The notes: generated from the letters alone by a model not told the origin. A stretch of 64,000 nt of DNA from Candidatus Woesearchaeota archaeon (GCA_016935985.1 JAFGPW010000006.1:89047-153046); one strand, 5' to 3'; positions 45,857-55,867 are shown, counted from the first letter of the stretch. Made by a program: numbers and translations.

Positions 45857-46606
45857 ATGGGTCCAGGAAACGGTCGGAAGGGGCATTCGGGAAAACAGCA
45901 TTGGCCAGTAGTAAGAATAAAAAGTTTTTTATACATGCGCTCCGCCCGTGCGACGACCTTGGCCCCTTATGGACTCTCCAACGACGAATTCGCGTTCTTC
46001 AGGACGCTGTCGTCGCCCGAGCGCATCCAGGACCGCCTCGATTCGCTCCCCTACAACTGGTGCGCCGACGGCTACGAGTGCAAGTCGCCGCGGCGCGTGC
46101 TGCGGGAGGGCAACGCCCACTGCCTCGAAGGCGCGCTCTTCGCGGCGGCGGCGCAGCGCGTGAACGATAACCGGCCGCTGGTCATCGAGATCCAGCCCGA
46201 AGACCCTGCCCAGGGCGATGAGTACCATTTCATCGCGCCCTTCAGATGGAAGAGGTACTGGGGAGCAATGGCGAAGTCAAGGACGTATGTCCTCACCTGG
46301 CGAGACCCGATCTACCGATCGGTCAGGGAGCTGGCGGTAAGCTATGTGCCGCTCGAGATCGCCGACGGAAAGCTCCCACTGAGGAGGTATTGCCTGCCGT
46401 TCGACCTCGGACTCCACGATCGGAAATATGCCTGGATGATCACAGAGAGGAGCCTGGAGCCGCTCGCCGAAGAGCTGGACTATGTCAGGCATTTTCGCAT
46501 CGTCCCTGCAGGACTCACCCTCAGGCCGCCGTTCCCCGAGCTCGAGGAGCGGCTCATCAGGCACCAGGACTCCGGCCTGGACGAGCAGGCGCAACAGCTC
46601 GCCTGA
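45857..46606 (+). CDS. Hypothetical protein (possible transglutaminase-/papain-like Cys-His fold)
   Basis: EGNAHCLEGALFAAAAQRVNDNRPLVIEI ... DEYHFIAPF resembles the Cys/His motifs of transglutaminase-like proteases. Start uncertain (45857 vs 45935). Confidence 0.35.
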   Translation: MGPGNGRKGHSGKQHWPVVRIKSFLYMRSARATTLAPYGLSNDEFAFFRTLSSPERIQDRLDSLPYNWCADGYECKSPRRVLREGNAHCLEGALFAAAAQRVNDNRPLVIEIQPEDPAQGDEYHFIAPFRWKRYWGAMAKSRTYVLTWRDPIYRSVRELAVSYVPLEIADGKLPLRRYCLPFDLGLHDRKYAWMITERSLEPLAEELDYVRHFRIVPAGLTLRPPFPELEERLIRHQDSGLDEQAQQLA

Positions 46607-46639
46607 GATAGGGCTCGTACGCCGGCACCTCGATTCTTT

Positions 46640-46685
46640 CCGCAAAATATATAAACAGCCGGAGGGATGATCTGTATTTATATAG
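46640..46685 (+). promoter_or_regulatory. Two TATA-like elements (aaatatataaac; gtatttatatagg) upstream of the pilus-assembly operon
   Basis: AT-rich boxes followed by a ~140-nt GC-rich leader before ATG 46830. Confidence 0.4.
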
Positions 46686-46829
46686 GTACCAGACCATAGG
46701 GAAGATGAGGGAGTCCTGCTCGGCTGACGCCTCGCCGTCGCCGCGGCTGCTCGACCTTGCCGGGAGATGATATCTCGCGGATGCCGCGACCCTGGCGATG
46801 ACGGACTCCCGACATGAAAGAGGTGGGAG

Positions 46830-48449
46830 ATGGCAGAGGCTGAGACGACGGCTCCTGCGCCCAAGGCGCAGGCCGATGCGGCGGCAGAGACCGCGCGCAG
46901 GAAAGGCACCTTCTACATCGACCTCCGGCCACGCCTGATGCGCCTCCCCTCCTTCCGGGAGAAGGAGCGAATCAACATCCGCTACCCGCTCATCTACCCC
47001 TACTCCTTCGCCCACATCTTCTGGGACGAGAAGAACAAGGAGCTCGTCTACTTCGTCGAGGAGCCGATCCTCAACGACACCGAGCGCGAGATCCTGAAGC
47101 TCATCCAGCTCGGGCTCGAGGAGATGATCAACGTCAGCTTCATCAAGGCGAAGGAGCTCAACATCATCCTCGACTACCTGGAGCGCAACGTCCAGTCGAT
47201 CCTCATCGAGCTCGGCACCAAGGTGAGCAAGGAGACCTACCAGAAGATGATGTATTACATCTACCGCGATGCGGTGGGCCTGAACCAGATCGAGCCGCTG
47301 CTCAACGACTACTACATCGAGGACATAGAGTGCAACGGGAAAGGGGTGCCCATCTACATCGTCCACCGCAGCTATGAGAACATGCGGACGAACATCGTGT
47401 ATCGCGACAACCAGGACCTGATCAACTTCATCGAGAAGCTCGCCCAGAAGGCGGGGCGGTACGTCTCCTACGCGAAGCCGCTGCTCGACGGCACTCTCCC
47501 CGACGGATCCCGCGTGAACGCCACCTACACGGACGACGTCACCACGCGGGGGCCCACCTTCACCATCCGCAAGTTCACGAAGGAGCCCTGGACGCCGATC
47601 CACCTCATCCAGAAGGGGACGGCGACCGCCGAGGTCTTCGCCTTCCTCTGGCTCGCGATCGAGCACAAGTTCAACATCATGTGCGTCGGCGAGACGGCGT
47701 CGGGCAAGACCACGTTCCTGAACGCGATCATCCACTTCATCCCGCCGGAGGCGAGGATTTGCTCGATCGAGGACACGCGCGAGATCAACATCGCGCACGA
47801 GAACTGGCTTCCCTCGGTCACGCGCTCGGGCTTCGGCATCCCGAACATCCTCGGCAAGATGTACGGCGAGATCACGCTCTTCGACCTGCTCAAGGAATCC
47901 TTCAGGCAGAACCCCGACTATGTCATCGTCGGCGAGATCAGGGGCGAGGAGGCGTACGTCCTCTTCCAAGGCATGGCATCAGGGCATCCGTCGTCGTCCA
48001 CGTTCCACGCGGCGAGCGTCGAGACGCTCGTGCGGCGCCTGCAGACCCCGCCGATCAGCCTCTCGCCCTCGCTCATCGAGTCGCTCGACATCGTGTGCGT
48101 GCTCACGCACATCAAGGACCAGGAGAAGTCGGTGCGCAGGCTGAAGGAGGTCGACGAGGTGATAGCGGTCAAGGACGCTGCGGGGGCCGTCGACTACAAC
48201 AGGGTCTTCCTCTGGGACCCGGCGCGCGATACCGTCCAGCTCAGGGGGCAGTCCTACATCCTGCAGCGGATGATCAAGCAGAGCGGGAAGACGATCCAGG
48301 ATTTCGGGTCGGAGCTCAAGCGGCGGACGCTGCTCCTATCGAAGCTCGCCGAGATGAACATCACCAACTACAAGGAAGTCAACCAGGTCCTCAACGCCTA
48401 CTACAAGAACCCGCAGGCGGTGCTGGACAATTACGGGATACAGGCCTGA
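46830..48449 (+). CDS. Type IV filament assembly ATPase (FlaI/ArlI-EpdL-TadA-like, VirB11 superfamily)
   Basis: Walker A CVGETASGKTTFLNAI, Walker B/Asp box DYVIVGEIRGEEA, His box; 539 aa. Confidence 0.85.
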   Translation: MAEAETTAPAPKAQADAAAETARRKGTFYIDLRPRLMRLPSFREKERINIRYPLIYPYSFAHIFWDEKNKELVYFVEEPILNDTEREILKLIQLGLEEMINVSFIKAKELNIILDYLERNVQSILIELGTKVSKETYQKMMYYIYRDAVGLNQIEPLLNDYYIEDIECNGKGVPIYIVHRSYENMRTNIVYRDNQDLINFIEKLAQKAGRYVSYAKPLLDGTLPDGSRVNATYTDDVTTRGPTFTIRKFTKEPWTPIHLIQKGTATAEVFAFLWLAIEHKFNIMCVGETASGKTTFLNAIIHFIPPEARICSIEDTREINIAHENWLPSVTRSGFGIPNILGKMYGEITLFDLLKESFRQNPDYVIVGEIRGEEAYVLFQGMASGHPSSSTFHAASVETLVRRLQTPPISLSPSLIESLDIVCVLTHIKDQEKSVRRLKEVDEVIAVKDAAGAVDYNRVFLWDPARDTVQLRGQSYILQRMIKQSGKTIQDFGSELKRRTLLLSKLAEMNITNYKEVNQVLNAYYKNPQAVLDNYGIQA

Positions 48450-48480
48450 CCGGCGGGAGGGCCAGGGGGGACGGGCACGC

Positions 48481-48681
48481 ATGAGGCTCGCTGAACTGGA
48501 AGAGAACATCGAACGCATGATAGCGACCATGGAATTCTACCAGGAGCTCCTCGCCACGAAGACGCTCGACGAGGACGGCTTCGAGGCGCTCCAGGTGAAG
48601 GCCCGCTACGCGAAGGAGCAGCTGCTGCGCCTCACCCTCACCAACACGAGGCTCATCAAGCGGATGGAGAAGGGGCTCTGA
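48481..48681 (+). CDS. Small coiled-coil protein (66 aa)
   Basis: Short ORF between the ATPase and platform genes. Confidence 0.3.
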   Translation: MRLAELEENIERMIATMEFYQELLATKTLDEDGFEALQVKARYAKEQLLRLTLTNTRLIKRMEKGL

Positions 48682-48684
48682 GGG

Positions 48685-50802
48685 ATGGACGAGAAGAGGT
48701 TCAAGGACATGAAGGGACGGGCCCTGCGGATGCTCGAGATCATCAGGGAAATCCGCGTCCTCGAGGCGTACAAGGTCAGGATCAGCGAGACCGCGCGGAC
48801 GATCGAGGAGAATTACCAGAAGGGCGTCTACGGCTACTTCAGGTACCAGAACCTGCTCCACGAGCACCTCAAGGACAAGGGCCTCAAGGAGTGGGTCGAT
48901 TACTACAACGCGAGCATCATGGAGCTCCTTGCCGAGACAGACTTCCTCAACGCCCAGGTCTTCTACGACGTCTACCATGACGAGACGCGGCTCTCGCTCA
49001 AGGCGCTCAGGGTCCATCGGGTAACGAGGAAGGAGCCTGAGCCCCATCTCCCGGGCTATCCGGTCGATCCCGGGAAGGTGAAGGAGGAGAGGGCGCGGCT
49101 CTTCAGGCCGGTCCTCAGGAAGAAGATAACGACCGGGCTCACGCACCCTGAGACGGCGAAGCCAGCTCCCGCACCGCCGGTACCCGCGCCGGCTCCGGCC
49201 GAGGCGGCCCCCCTGCCCCCGCACCGCCCGCGCCTCCCGTTCTGGCATCGCTTCAGGCTGTCGCTCAGGGACCTGCTCCATCTGAAGACTAAAGCCGGTC
49301 CGCGGGCTAAGCCCGGGACGAGGAAGGCTCCCGCACCGCCAGCGTCGGCTCCGCCGCCCGCGCCAGAGGCATTCGCGCAGGGGCCGGAGAAGGCGCAGGC
49401 CCGCATGCCGCCGAGCGGGCCGGAAAAGGAGCCGGAGTTCATGGACCTCGACATCGGCGACGCCGGGAAGGTCACGACCGAGGCGCCGGCCGAGAAGGAG
49501 GGAAAGCCCATCTTCATGATACGGCCGCGCGGCGCCGCCGACGTGCTCCCCTGGCTCGAGGAGGGGGCGCGGGCGCGCACCCCGACGCTCGGGGAGCGCA
49601 TCACCGCCGCGTTCAGGGGGAAGCGGCGGAAGAGGACGCTCTTCGAGGACCTGCACGAGGAGGAGCCTGAGGCCGGCGGCGAGCCCATCGGCCTGCAGTT
49701 CAACATCATCAGGATGGTGAAGCGGATGCTGTCCGAGCGCCAGCAGTACATGGGCACGAAGACCGAGATATCGCCGACGCTCCTCTCGCTGCGCCGCTAC
49801 CGCGAGGGCACCATCACCGAGGTTGGCAAGGAGGACGTGAACGCGACGCTGCTCGCGAAGGAGGCGAGGCGCATCAAGAGAATCATAGGGAAGGAGTCGC
49901 GGTTCTCCATCTACAACCCTTCCTCAATCGGCTCGATCGCGAACGTGCTCGTCCGCAGGATCAGCCTCTACTTCATCGACCAGTATCCCGAGTTCTTCAA
50001 GGCCTTCTACAACAACCTGCGGCTCGCGAACATCAGGATCCTGTCCAACACCTATGTCAACATGATGACGCTCGCGGTGCTCTCCTCGCTCGGCGTCTTC
50101 ACGACGTTCTTCGCCGTGTTCTTCTGGGTGCTCGGCTACCCGCCCCTGCAGATCCTCGCGCGCACGCTCCTCGCCTCGAGCCTGTTCGGCATCCTCTCCT
50201 TCGTCCTGTTCTACACCTACCCGATCAGCCGCATCAGGCAGCGCCGGCGCTCGATCAGGACGAACCTGCCGTTCGCGATCAACCACATGTCGGCGGTCGT
50301 GTCCTCGGGGGTCCCCCCTGACGCGATGTTCCGGCTGATCGTCGAGTCGAGCGAGTACGGCGAGATCGTCGTCGAGATCGAGAAGATCGTCGAGTACGTC
50401 GACCTCTTCGGCTACGACCTCCTCACCGCGGTGAACAGCGTCGCGCAGATGACGCCGGCCGACGAGCTGCGCGAGTTCTTCGCCGGCTTCGTCTCGACGA
50501 TCGAGTCCGGCGGCGACCTCAAGGACTACCTCCAGCAGAAGGCCGAGGAGGCGATGCTCTCGTACAAGCTCGAGCGCCAGAAGTACCTCGAGTCGATCTC
50601 GACCTATTCCGACATCTACACCGGCATCCTCATCGCCGCGCCGCTCTTCTTCGTGGTCGCGCTCTCGCTCGTCAGCATGCTCGGCGGGCAGATCGGCGGC
50701 ATGGAGATCAACACCGTCATCGCTATCGGGACCTATGCGGTCATCCCGCTGCTGAACCTCGGCTTCCTCGTGTTCCTGCAGCTGAACCAGCCGGAGGTGT
50801 GA
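48685..50802 (+). CDS. Type IV filament platform protein (T2SSF domain; TadB/EpdJ-like) with ~420-aa cytoplasmic N-terminal extension containing Pro/Ala-rich linkers
   Basis: C-terminal ~280 aa carry TM helices and a T2SSF-like cytoplasmic domain (LPFAINHMSAVVSSGVPPDAMF...DLFGYDLLTAVNSVAQ). Confidence 0.7.
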   Translation: MDEKRFKDMKGRALRMLEIIREIRVLEAYKVRISETARTIEENYQKGVYGYFRYQNLLHEHLKDKGLKEWVDYYNASIMELLAETDFLNAQVFYDVYHDETRLSLKALRVHRVTRKEPEPHLPGYPVDPGKVKEERARLFRPVLRKKITTGLTHPETAKPAPAPPVPAPAPAEAAPLPPHRPRLPFWHRFRLSLRDLLHLKTKAGPRAKPGTRKAPAPPASAPPPAPEAFAQGPEKAQARMPPSGPEKEPEFMDLDIGDAGKVTTEAPAEKEGKPIFMIRPRGAADVLPWLEEGARARTPTLGERITAAFRGKRRKRTLFEDLHEEEPEAGGEPIGLQFNIIRMVKRMLSERQQYMGTKTEISPTLLSLRRYREGTITEVGKEDVNATLLAKEARRIKRIIGKESRFSIYNPSSIGSIANVLVRRISLYFIDQYPEFFKAFYNNLRLANIRILSNTYVNMMTLAVLSSLGVFTTFFAVFFWVLGYPPLQILARTLLASSLFGILSFVLFYTYPISRIRQRRRSIRTNLPFAINHMSAVVSSGVPPDAMFRLIVESSEYGEIVVEIEKIVEYVDLFGYDLLTAVNSVAQMTPADELREFFAGFVSTIESGGDLKDYLQQKAEEAMLSYKLERQKYLESISTYSDIYTGILIAAPLFFVVALSLVSMLGGQIGGMEINTVIAIGTYAVIPLLNLGFLVFLQLNQPEV

Positions 50803-51722
50803 GGGTGGCGTTCAGGCTGCAGTTCGACCTCAGGCACTCCCTCACGATGGGGATGGGGCTGATCCTCATCGGGCTCGACGCCGTGTTCTTCTTCGGGACG
50901 CCCCTCTTCATCCCGCTGATCGTCGTCGCGGTGACACTCGGGTGGAGCCAGTACTGGATCGACTTCTTCAGGGAGCGGGCGGCGCAGGGCCAGTACGAGG
51001 CGCAGTTCGGCGAGTTCGTGCGGAACCTCGTCGCGGGCATCAAGTCGGGCATGCCGGTGTCGCGCGCGATCATCCACGTCGCGAAGAACGACTACGGAGC
51101 GTTGTCCCCCCATGTCAAGAAGCTCGCGAACCAGATCGAGTGGACGATCCCCGTGCACAAGGCGCTCGTCAACTTCGGCGCCGCGACGCGGAACCCGATC
51201 ATCGCGCGCGCGATATCGACGGTGATCGAGGCGGAGCAGAGCGGCGGCAACATCGAGGACGTGCTCGAGTCGATCACCATCTCGCTGATGGAGATCAAGA
51301 AGATCAAGCAGTCGCGCAAGGCCTCGATCCAGGGCCAGGTCATCCAGTCCTACATCATCTTCTTCGTCTTCCTCGGCGTGATGATCATCATCCAGAACCT
51401 GCTCATCCCCTACATCTCGAGCATGGAGGCGAGCGGGTTCGGCATCGGGGAGGGGGGAATCAACCTGGCGCAGACGCGCGCGGTCCAGATCGAGGAGTCG
51501 ATGGCGATCGACTACCGCTCGCTCCCGCGCTTCTTCGAGACCTTCGGGCTGTGGCTCGTCTCCCTCCACGGCATCTTCCTCTCGCTCACGCTCGTCCAGG
51601 GGCTGTTCGCCGGGCTCGTCATCGGCAAGCTCTCGGAAGGGGACATCCAGGCAGGCATCAAGCACAGCCTGATCCTGATGACCCTCGCCTTCTTCGTGAT
51701 CAGCCTGGCGCAGGGGTTCTGA
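50799..51722 (+). CDS. Second type IV filament platform protein (single T2SSF domain; TadC/EpdK-like)
   Basis: GTGA start overlapping the upstream stop; 307 aa, N- and C-terminal TM helices flanking a T2SSF-like cytoplasmic domain. Confidence 0.65.
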   Translation: MRVAFRLQFDLRHSLTMGMGLILIGLDAVFFFGTPLFIPLIVVAVTLGWSQYWIDFFRERAAQGQYEAQFGEFVRNLVAGIKSGMPVSRAIIHVAKNDYGALSPHVKKLANQIEWTIPVHKALVNFGAATRNPIIARAISTVIEAEQSGGNIEDVLESITISLMEIKKIKQSRKASIQGQVIQSYIIFFVFLGVMIIIQNLLIPYISSMEASGFGIGEGGINLAQTRAVQIEESMAIDYRSLPRFFETFGLWLVSLHGIFLSLTLVQGLFAGLVIGKLSEGDIQAGIKHSLILMTLAFFVISLAQGF

Positions 51723-51775
51723 ACTGTCACCACTGACCGATAGGATTATAAAGGCATCCGGCCTCCCTCCGCCAC

Positions 51776-52531
51776 ATGCGCGACCATTTCCACACCGCGA
51801 AGACAGCCCTCCAGGAGCGGTTCGGCGACTACCTGAAGGCGAAGAACTATAAGGTCGACCACCGGCTGAAGGACGTCAACAAGCTCTATCTCCTGGAGAA
51901 GCGCTATGACCTCTTCCTGCTCGACCGGGACTGCACGCTCCACGGCTATCATGCGGCGGCGAGGGAACCGGCGTTCGAGCTCACGCTCGAGCACCTCAAG
52001 GGCAAGAGCGATCTCGTCTCGAACTCGTCGTACGACGAGGTGCGGCGGATCCGCGACATCTTCGGCGACCTCATGCCGGTCTCGATGATGGTGAGGATGG
52101 AGGCCTCGGACCATCCGATCCTCCTCAGGTTCGTCGGCGGGAAGCTCAACGCGATGGAGTACCATGACGACGACGGCAGCTTCCTCCACCGCACCGCCGA
52201 GCTCGTCGGCCCTGACGAGCGGCTCCTCTCCCCTGTCATCCACAAGTTCAAGAAGCCCAACCCCGAGATACTCACCGCCGTCATCCAGGCGAACGTGCTC
52301 GAGGGCCGCGTCAGGCACGACCCGCGCGTGCTCATGGTGGGCGACCGTTACCTCACCGACATCGTGGCGGGCAACCTCGCGGACGTCGACACCGCGCTCG
52401 TCAGGCCGTTCAGGCCCTTGACCGACAAGCTTGAGCTCATCGCCGTCAGGTATGCGCTCGACCTGCCGCTCGGCACGGTGATGCGGAACATCCACGCGCT
52501 CTCGGGATCATCCTACGCCCTACCGTATTGA
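51776..52531 (+). CDS. HAD-superfamily phosphatase (YqeG/IIIA-like)
   Basis: DxDxT motif (FLLDRDCTLHGY), KKPNPE, GDRYLTDI; TATA (gattataaagg) 25 nt upstream. Confidence 0.6.
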   Translation: MRDHFHTAKTALQERFGDYLKAKNYKVDHRLKDVNKLYLLEKRYDLFLLDRDCTLHGYHAAAREPAFELTLEHLKGKSDLVSNSSYDEVRRIRDIFGDLMPVSMMVRMEASDHPILLRFVGGKLNAMEYHDDDGSFLHRTAELVGPDERLLSPVIHKFKKPNPEILTAVIQANVLEGRVRHDPRVLMVGDRYLTDIVAGNLADVDTALVRPFRPLTDKLELIAVRYALDLPLGTVMRNIHALSGSSYALPY

Positions 52532-52570
52532 CCGCAACGAATATATAGTCGTCGGTTCCTGCTGCTTCTC

Positions 52571-53395
52571 ATGGTCACCGTCGATATAGATGTCACGAAA
52601 TCCGTCGAGGAGAACGCGGCACGCTATTTCGAGGAGGCGAAGAGGGCGAAACGCAAGCTCGAGGGCGCGGCAGAGGCCTATAAGGCGTCGGTCGCCGCGT
52701 ACGAGAAGGCGAGAAAGGAGAAGGACTCCTACCTCGCGCGGTTCGAGGAGGAGGAGCGGCGCAGGAAGCGGTTCGCGCAGCGCAGGCGCCACTGGTACGA
52801 GAAATTCCGCTGGTTCTACAGCTCCGACGGCTTCCTCTGCGTCGGCGGCCGCGACTCGACGACGAACGAGGTCCTCATCAAGAAGCACGCCGAACCCGGC
52901 GACAAGGTGCTCCACACCGACATGGCCGGCGCGCCGTTCTACGTGGTAAAGGCGAAGGGGCGGCCGGTCCCCCAGACCACGCTCGAGCAGGCGGGCGTCG
53001 CCGCGGCCTCGTTCTCGAAGGCGTGGAAATCGGACCTGACGACCGCCGAGGTTTTCCACGTCGACCCTGATCAGGTGTCGAAGACCGCCGAGACGGGCGA
53101 GTACCTGACGAAGGGCGCGTTCGTCATCCGCGGGAAGACGAGGTACCTCCATCCCCGGCTCGAGCTCGGGGCAGGGCTCTTCGACTCCAAGGACGAGATC
53201 ATCATGGTCGGCCCGCGCGACGCTGTCATGGCGAACTGCGGGCGCTGGCTCGAGGTCTCCAAGGGCGCGCTGAAGACGAGCGACGCCGCGAAGCGCATCC
53301 AGAACATGCTCGGCGGCGAGCTCGACCAGATCATCCAGCAGCTACCGCCGGGTGGTGTCAGCATCACGGCGCCGCGGGAGAGGCCGAAGCACTAA
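52571..53395 (+). CDS. Coiled-coil + NFACT-R (DUF814) domain protein
   Basis: KFRWFYSSDGFLCVGGRDSTTNEVLIKKHAEPGDKVLHTDMAGAPFYVV is the DUF814/NFACT-R signature; the NFACT-N domain is absent. Confidence 0.6.
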   Translation: MVTVDIDVTKSVEENAARYFEEAKRAKRKLEGAAEAYKASVAAYEKARKEKDSYLARFEEEERRRKRFAQRRRHWYEKFRWFYSSDGFLCVGGRDSTTNEVLIKKHAEPGDKVLHTDMAGAPFYVVKAKGRPVPQTTLEQAGVAAASFSKAWKSDLTTAEVFHVDPDQVSKTAETGEYLTKGAFVIRGKTRYLHPRLELGAGLFDSKDEIIMVGPRDAVMANCGRWLEVSKGALKTSDAAKRIQNMLGGELDQIIQQLPPGGVSITAPRERPKH

Positions 53396-53449
53396 CATTT
53401 TTATAGTAACATGCCGATGAGAGGCGATGAATGAGGAGGTAGCGCCAGC

Positions 53450-55171
53450 ATGGAGAACATATTTCTCGATATAGGAATGATCATCCTCGTCGCGACCGCC
53501 ATCTCCTATATCGCGCGGCTGCTCAAGCAGCCCCTCATCCCGGCCTATATCCTGACCGGGCTCGTCATCGGCCCGATGATGGGGCTGATCAAGAACCAGG
53601 AGGTCATCGCGACCCTCTCGGAGATCGGCATCGCGTTCCTCCTCTTCATCGTCGGGCTTGAGATCGACTTCCGGCGCCTCAAGGACGTCGGGCTCGTCTC
53701 GACCCTCGGCGGCACCATCCAGGTGCTGATCGTCTTCATCTTCGGCTACCTCATCTCCGTCGCGCTCGGCTTCGCGCCCATCCATTCCTTCTACCTCGGG
53801 CTCATCCTCGCCTTCTCATCCACGATGGTGGTGGTGAAGATCCTCTCGGACAAGCGCGAGCTCGACACGCTCCACGGCCGCATCGTGCTCGGCATCCTGC
53901 TCATGCAGGACGTGATCGCGATCCTCGCGCTCTCGGTGCTCTCGACGCTCGCCGAGTTCAGCTCGATGTTCCTCCTCATCTCCGTCGGGAAGGGCTTCGT
54001 CCTCGCGCTCACCGCGGCCTTCTTCGGCCACTTCATCTTCCCGCAGGTCTTCAAGTTCGCGGCAAAAAGCCAGGAGTTCTTCTTCCTCGTCTCCGTCGCG
54101 GTCTGCTTCTCGTTCGCGATCCTCTTCCATATGGTGGGCTTCTCGATCGCCATCGGCGCGTTCGTGGCGGGGATCACGCTCGCGAACCTCGAGTACAGCT
54201 TCGAGATCATCGGGAAGGTCAGGTCCTTGAAGGACTTCTTCGCGATCCTCTTCTTCGTCTCGCTGGGGATGCAGCTCTCGGTGGGCACCATGCAGGGGCT
54301 CGTCTGGCCGCTCGTCATCCTCACCGTGTTCGTGCTGGTGTGCAAGCCCCTCGTCATCATGATCGTCTCCTCGCTCTTCGGCTACAAGAAGCGCACGAGC
54401 TTCATCTCCTCGGTCAGCCTCGCCCAGATCTCCGAGTTCAGCCTGATCATCGTGGCGCTCGGGATGACGCTCGGGCAGGTGAGCGACGAGATCGTCACGA
54501 TATCGATCCTGCTCGCCATCATCACGATCACCATCACCTCCTACACCCTCAAGTACGAGAAGGAGCTCTACGACTTCTTCGCGAAGATGCTCAATATCTT
54601 CGAGACGCTCTCGTCCGGGATGGACGACCTCGAGTTCCTGCCGGCCAAGCAGAAGCGCGACGTCGTGCTCTGCGGCTACGACCGGACCGGCTACTCGATC
54701 CTGAGGAAGATCAAGGAGCTTCGGAAGGAGGTGGTGATCGTCGACTTCAATCCGGATATCATCAAGCGCCTGATCAGGGAGAAGGTCCCGTGCATCTACG
54801 GCGACATGAGCTCCGAGGAGATCATCGAACGGATCGGTCTCGAGCGGGTCAAGCTCATCATCTCGACGATCCCCGACGTCCAGACCTCGCATGTCCTCAT
54901 CAAGAAGGCGCGGGCGATCAACAGGGATATCATCATCTTCGTCACCGCCTACCAGGTGGACGACGCGCTCGACCTCTACGACACGGGCGCCGACTATGTC
55001 ATCCTGCCCCATTTCCTCGGCGGCGAGCACGTCTCGCTCATCCTCGAGGACGTGACCGCCGACCTCAACAAGCTGCTCAAGACCAAGGTCGACCATATCA
55101 GGGAGCTGCACACCCGCCGGGATCTCGGCCACCACCACCCGCAAGGCCTTCAGAAGAGCAAGGAGGACTGA
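53450..55171 (+). CDS. CPA2-family monovalent cation:proton antiporter with C-terminal RCK/TrkA-N domain (KefB/C-like)
   Basis: ~12 TM helices, then a Rossmann RCK domain (VVLCGYDRTGYSILRKI). Confidence 0.8.
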   Translation: MENIFLDIGMIILVATAISYIARLLKQPLIPAYILTGLVIGPMMGLIKNQEVIATLSEIGIAFLLFIVGLEIDFRRLKDVGLVSTLGGTIQVLIVFIFGYLISVALGFAPIHSFYLGLILAFSSTMVVVKILSDKRELDTLHGRIVLGILLMQDVIAILALSVLSTLAEFSSMFLLISVGKGFVLALTAAFFGHFIFPQVFKFAAKSQEFFFLVSVAVCFSFAILFHMVGFSIAIGAFVAGITLANLEYSFEIIGKVRSLKDFFAILFFVSLGMQLSVGTMQGLVWPLVILTVFVLVCKPLVIMIVSSLFGYKKRTSFISSVSLAQISEFSLIIVALGMTLGQVSDEIVTISILLAIITITITSYTLKYEKELYDFFAKMLNIFETLSSGMDDLEFLPAKQKRDVVLCGYDRTGYSILRKIKELRKEVVIVDFNPDIIKRLIREKVPCIYGDMSSEEIIERIGLERVKLIISTIPDVQTSHVLIKKARAINRDIIIFVTAYQVDDALDLYDTGADYVILPHFLGGEHVSLILEDVTADLNKLLKTKVDHIRELHTRRDLGHHHPQGLQKSKED

Positions 55172-55250
55172 TTCTCCTTTTGCTGGCGGAGGCCGACCAC
55201 AAGGTTTTAATACAACGTTCGCATCAGCCGAGGCATCGGTATCGAGGTGA

Positions 55251-55514
55251 ATGACTATGAAGATTAAGCATACCAATACCGTGGCGGTGCGGTTCAACCC
55301 CGGACGGCAGGCCCTCACGATAGTCGCGGCAGGCAAGGTCCACCGGGAAGGCGAGATCCTCGCCGAGGATCCCATCACCATCACCATCGAGCTGCAGGGG
55401 AAAGGGGTCCTCGACATCGCGCACGCGTTCGGCCAGGAGACCGCGGACGTCAAGACATGGATATCGCCGGGCGGAAGGTTCGGGCGCATCAAGCCCAGCA
55501 TCGATCTCGATTAG
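55251..55514 (+). CDS. Small hypothetical protein (87 aa)
   Basis: ORF immediately upstream of the yhbY-like gene; no motifs. Confidence 0.3.
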   Translation: MTMKIKHTNTVAVRFNPGRQALTIVAAGKVHREGEILAEDPITITIELQGKGVLDIAHAFGQETADVKTWISPGGRFGRIKPSIDLD

Positions 55515-55519
55515 GCACC

Positions 55520-55867
55520 ATGGGAACAGGAGCGATCGGATACGCCGAATTCGGCGACAGGCGGCTCCTCGCGGAGCTGCGCGGCCGCGCCCAGGCGCTC
55601 GCGCCGGCGATGCAGGTGGGCAAGAACGGCGTGACCCCGAACGTGGTGGCGGACCTGAAGCGGCACCTGAAGCGGCGCCGGCTCGTCAAGGTCCGGCTCC
55701 TCAAGGGCTTCATCGAGGGCAGGGACCGGTTCGCCGAGGCGCAGGCCATCGCCCAGGCAACGGAGAGCACGCTCATCCAGGTGGTCGGCTTCTCGGTGGT
55801 GCTGTACAAAGCGCCGGCCGCAGGGCTTTCCGGCCGAAATGTTTTTAAAGGCGGCTCCCGAGAGTGA
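55520..55867 (+). CDS. CRS1/YhbY (CRM) RNA-binding domain protein
   Basis: QVGKNGVTPNVVADLKRHLKRRRLVKVRLLKG ... TLIQVVGFSVVLYK matches the YhbY/CRM fold. Confidence 0.75.
   Translation: MGTGAIGYAEFGDRRLLAELRGRAQALAPAMQVGKNGVTPNVVADLKRHLKRRRLVKVRLLKGFIEGRDRFAEAQAIAQATESTLIQVVGFSVVLYKAPAAGLSGRNVFKGGSRE

Noticed and set aside
46557-47969. 470-aa minus ORF
   Set aside because: Antisense to the FlaI-like ATPase, which has Walker motifs.
48391-49757. Minus ORFs 48391-49656 and 49056-49757
   Set aside because: Antisense to the Pro/Ala-rich N-terminal extension of the platform protein.
50733-51665. 310-aa minus ORF and the 50942-51736 plus-frame ORF
   Set aside because: Alternative frames over the second T2SSF platform gene.
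53816-55501. 561-aa minus ORF
   Set aside because: Antisense to the Kef-type antiporter.
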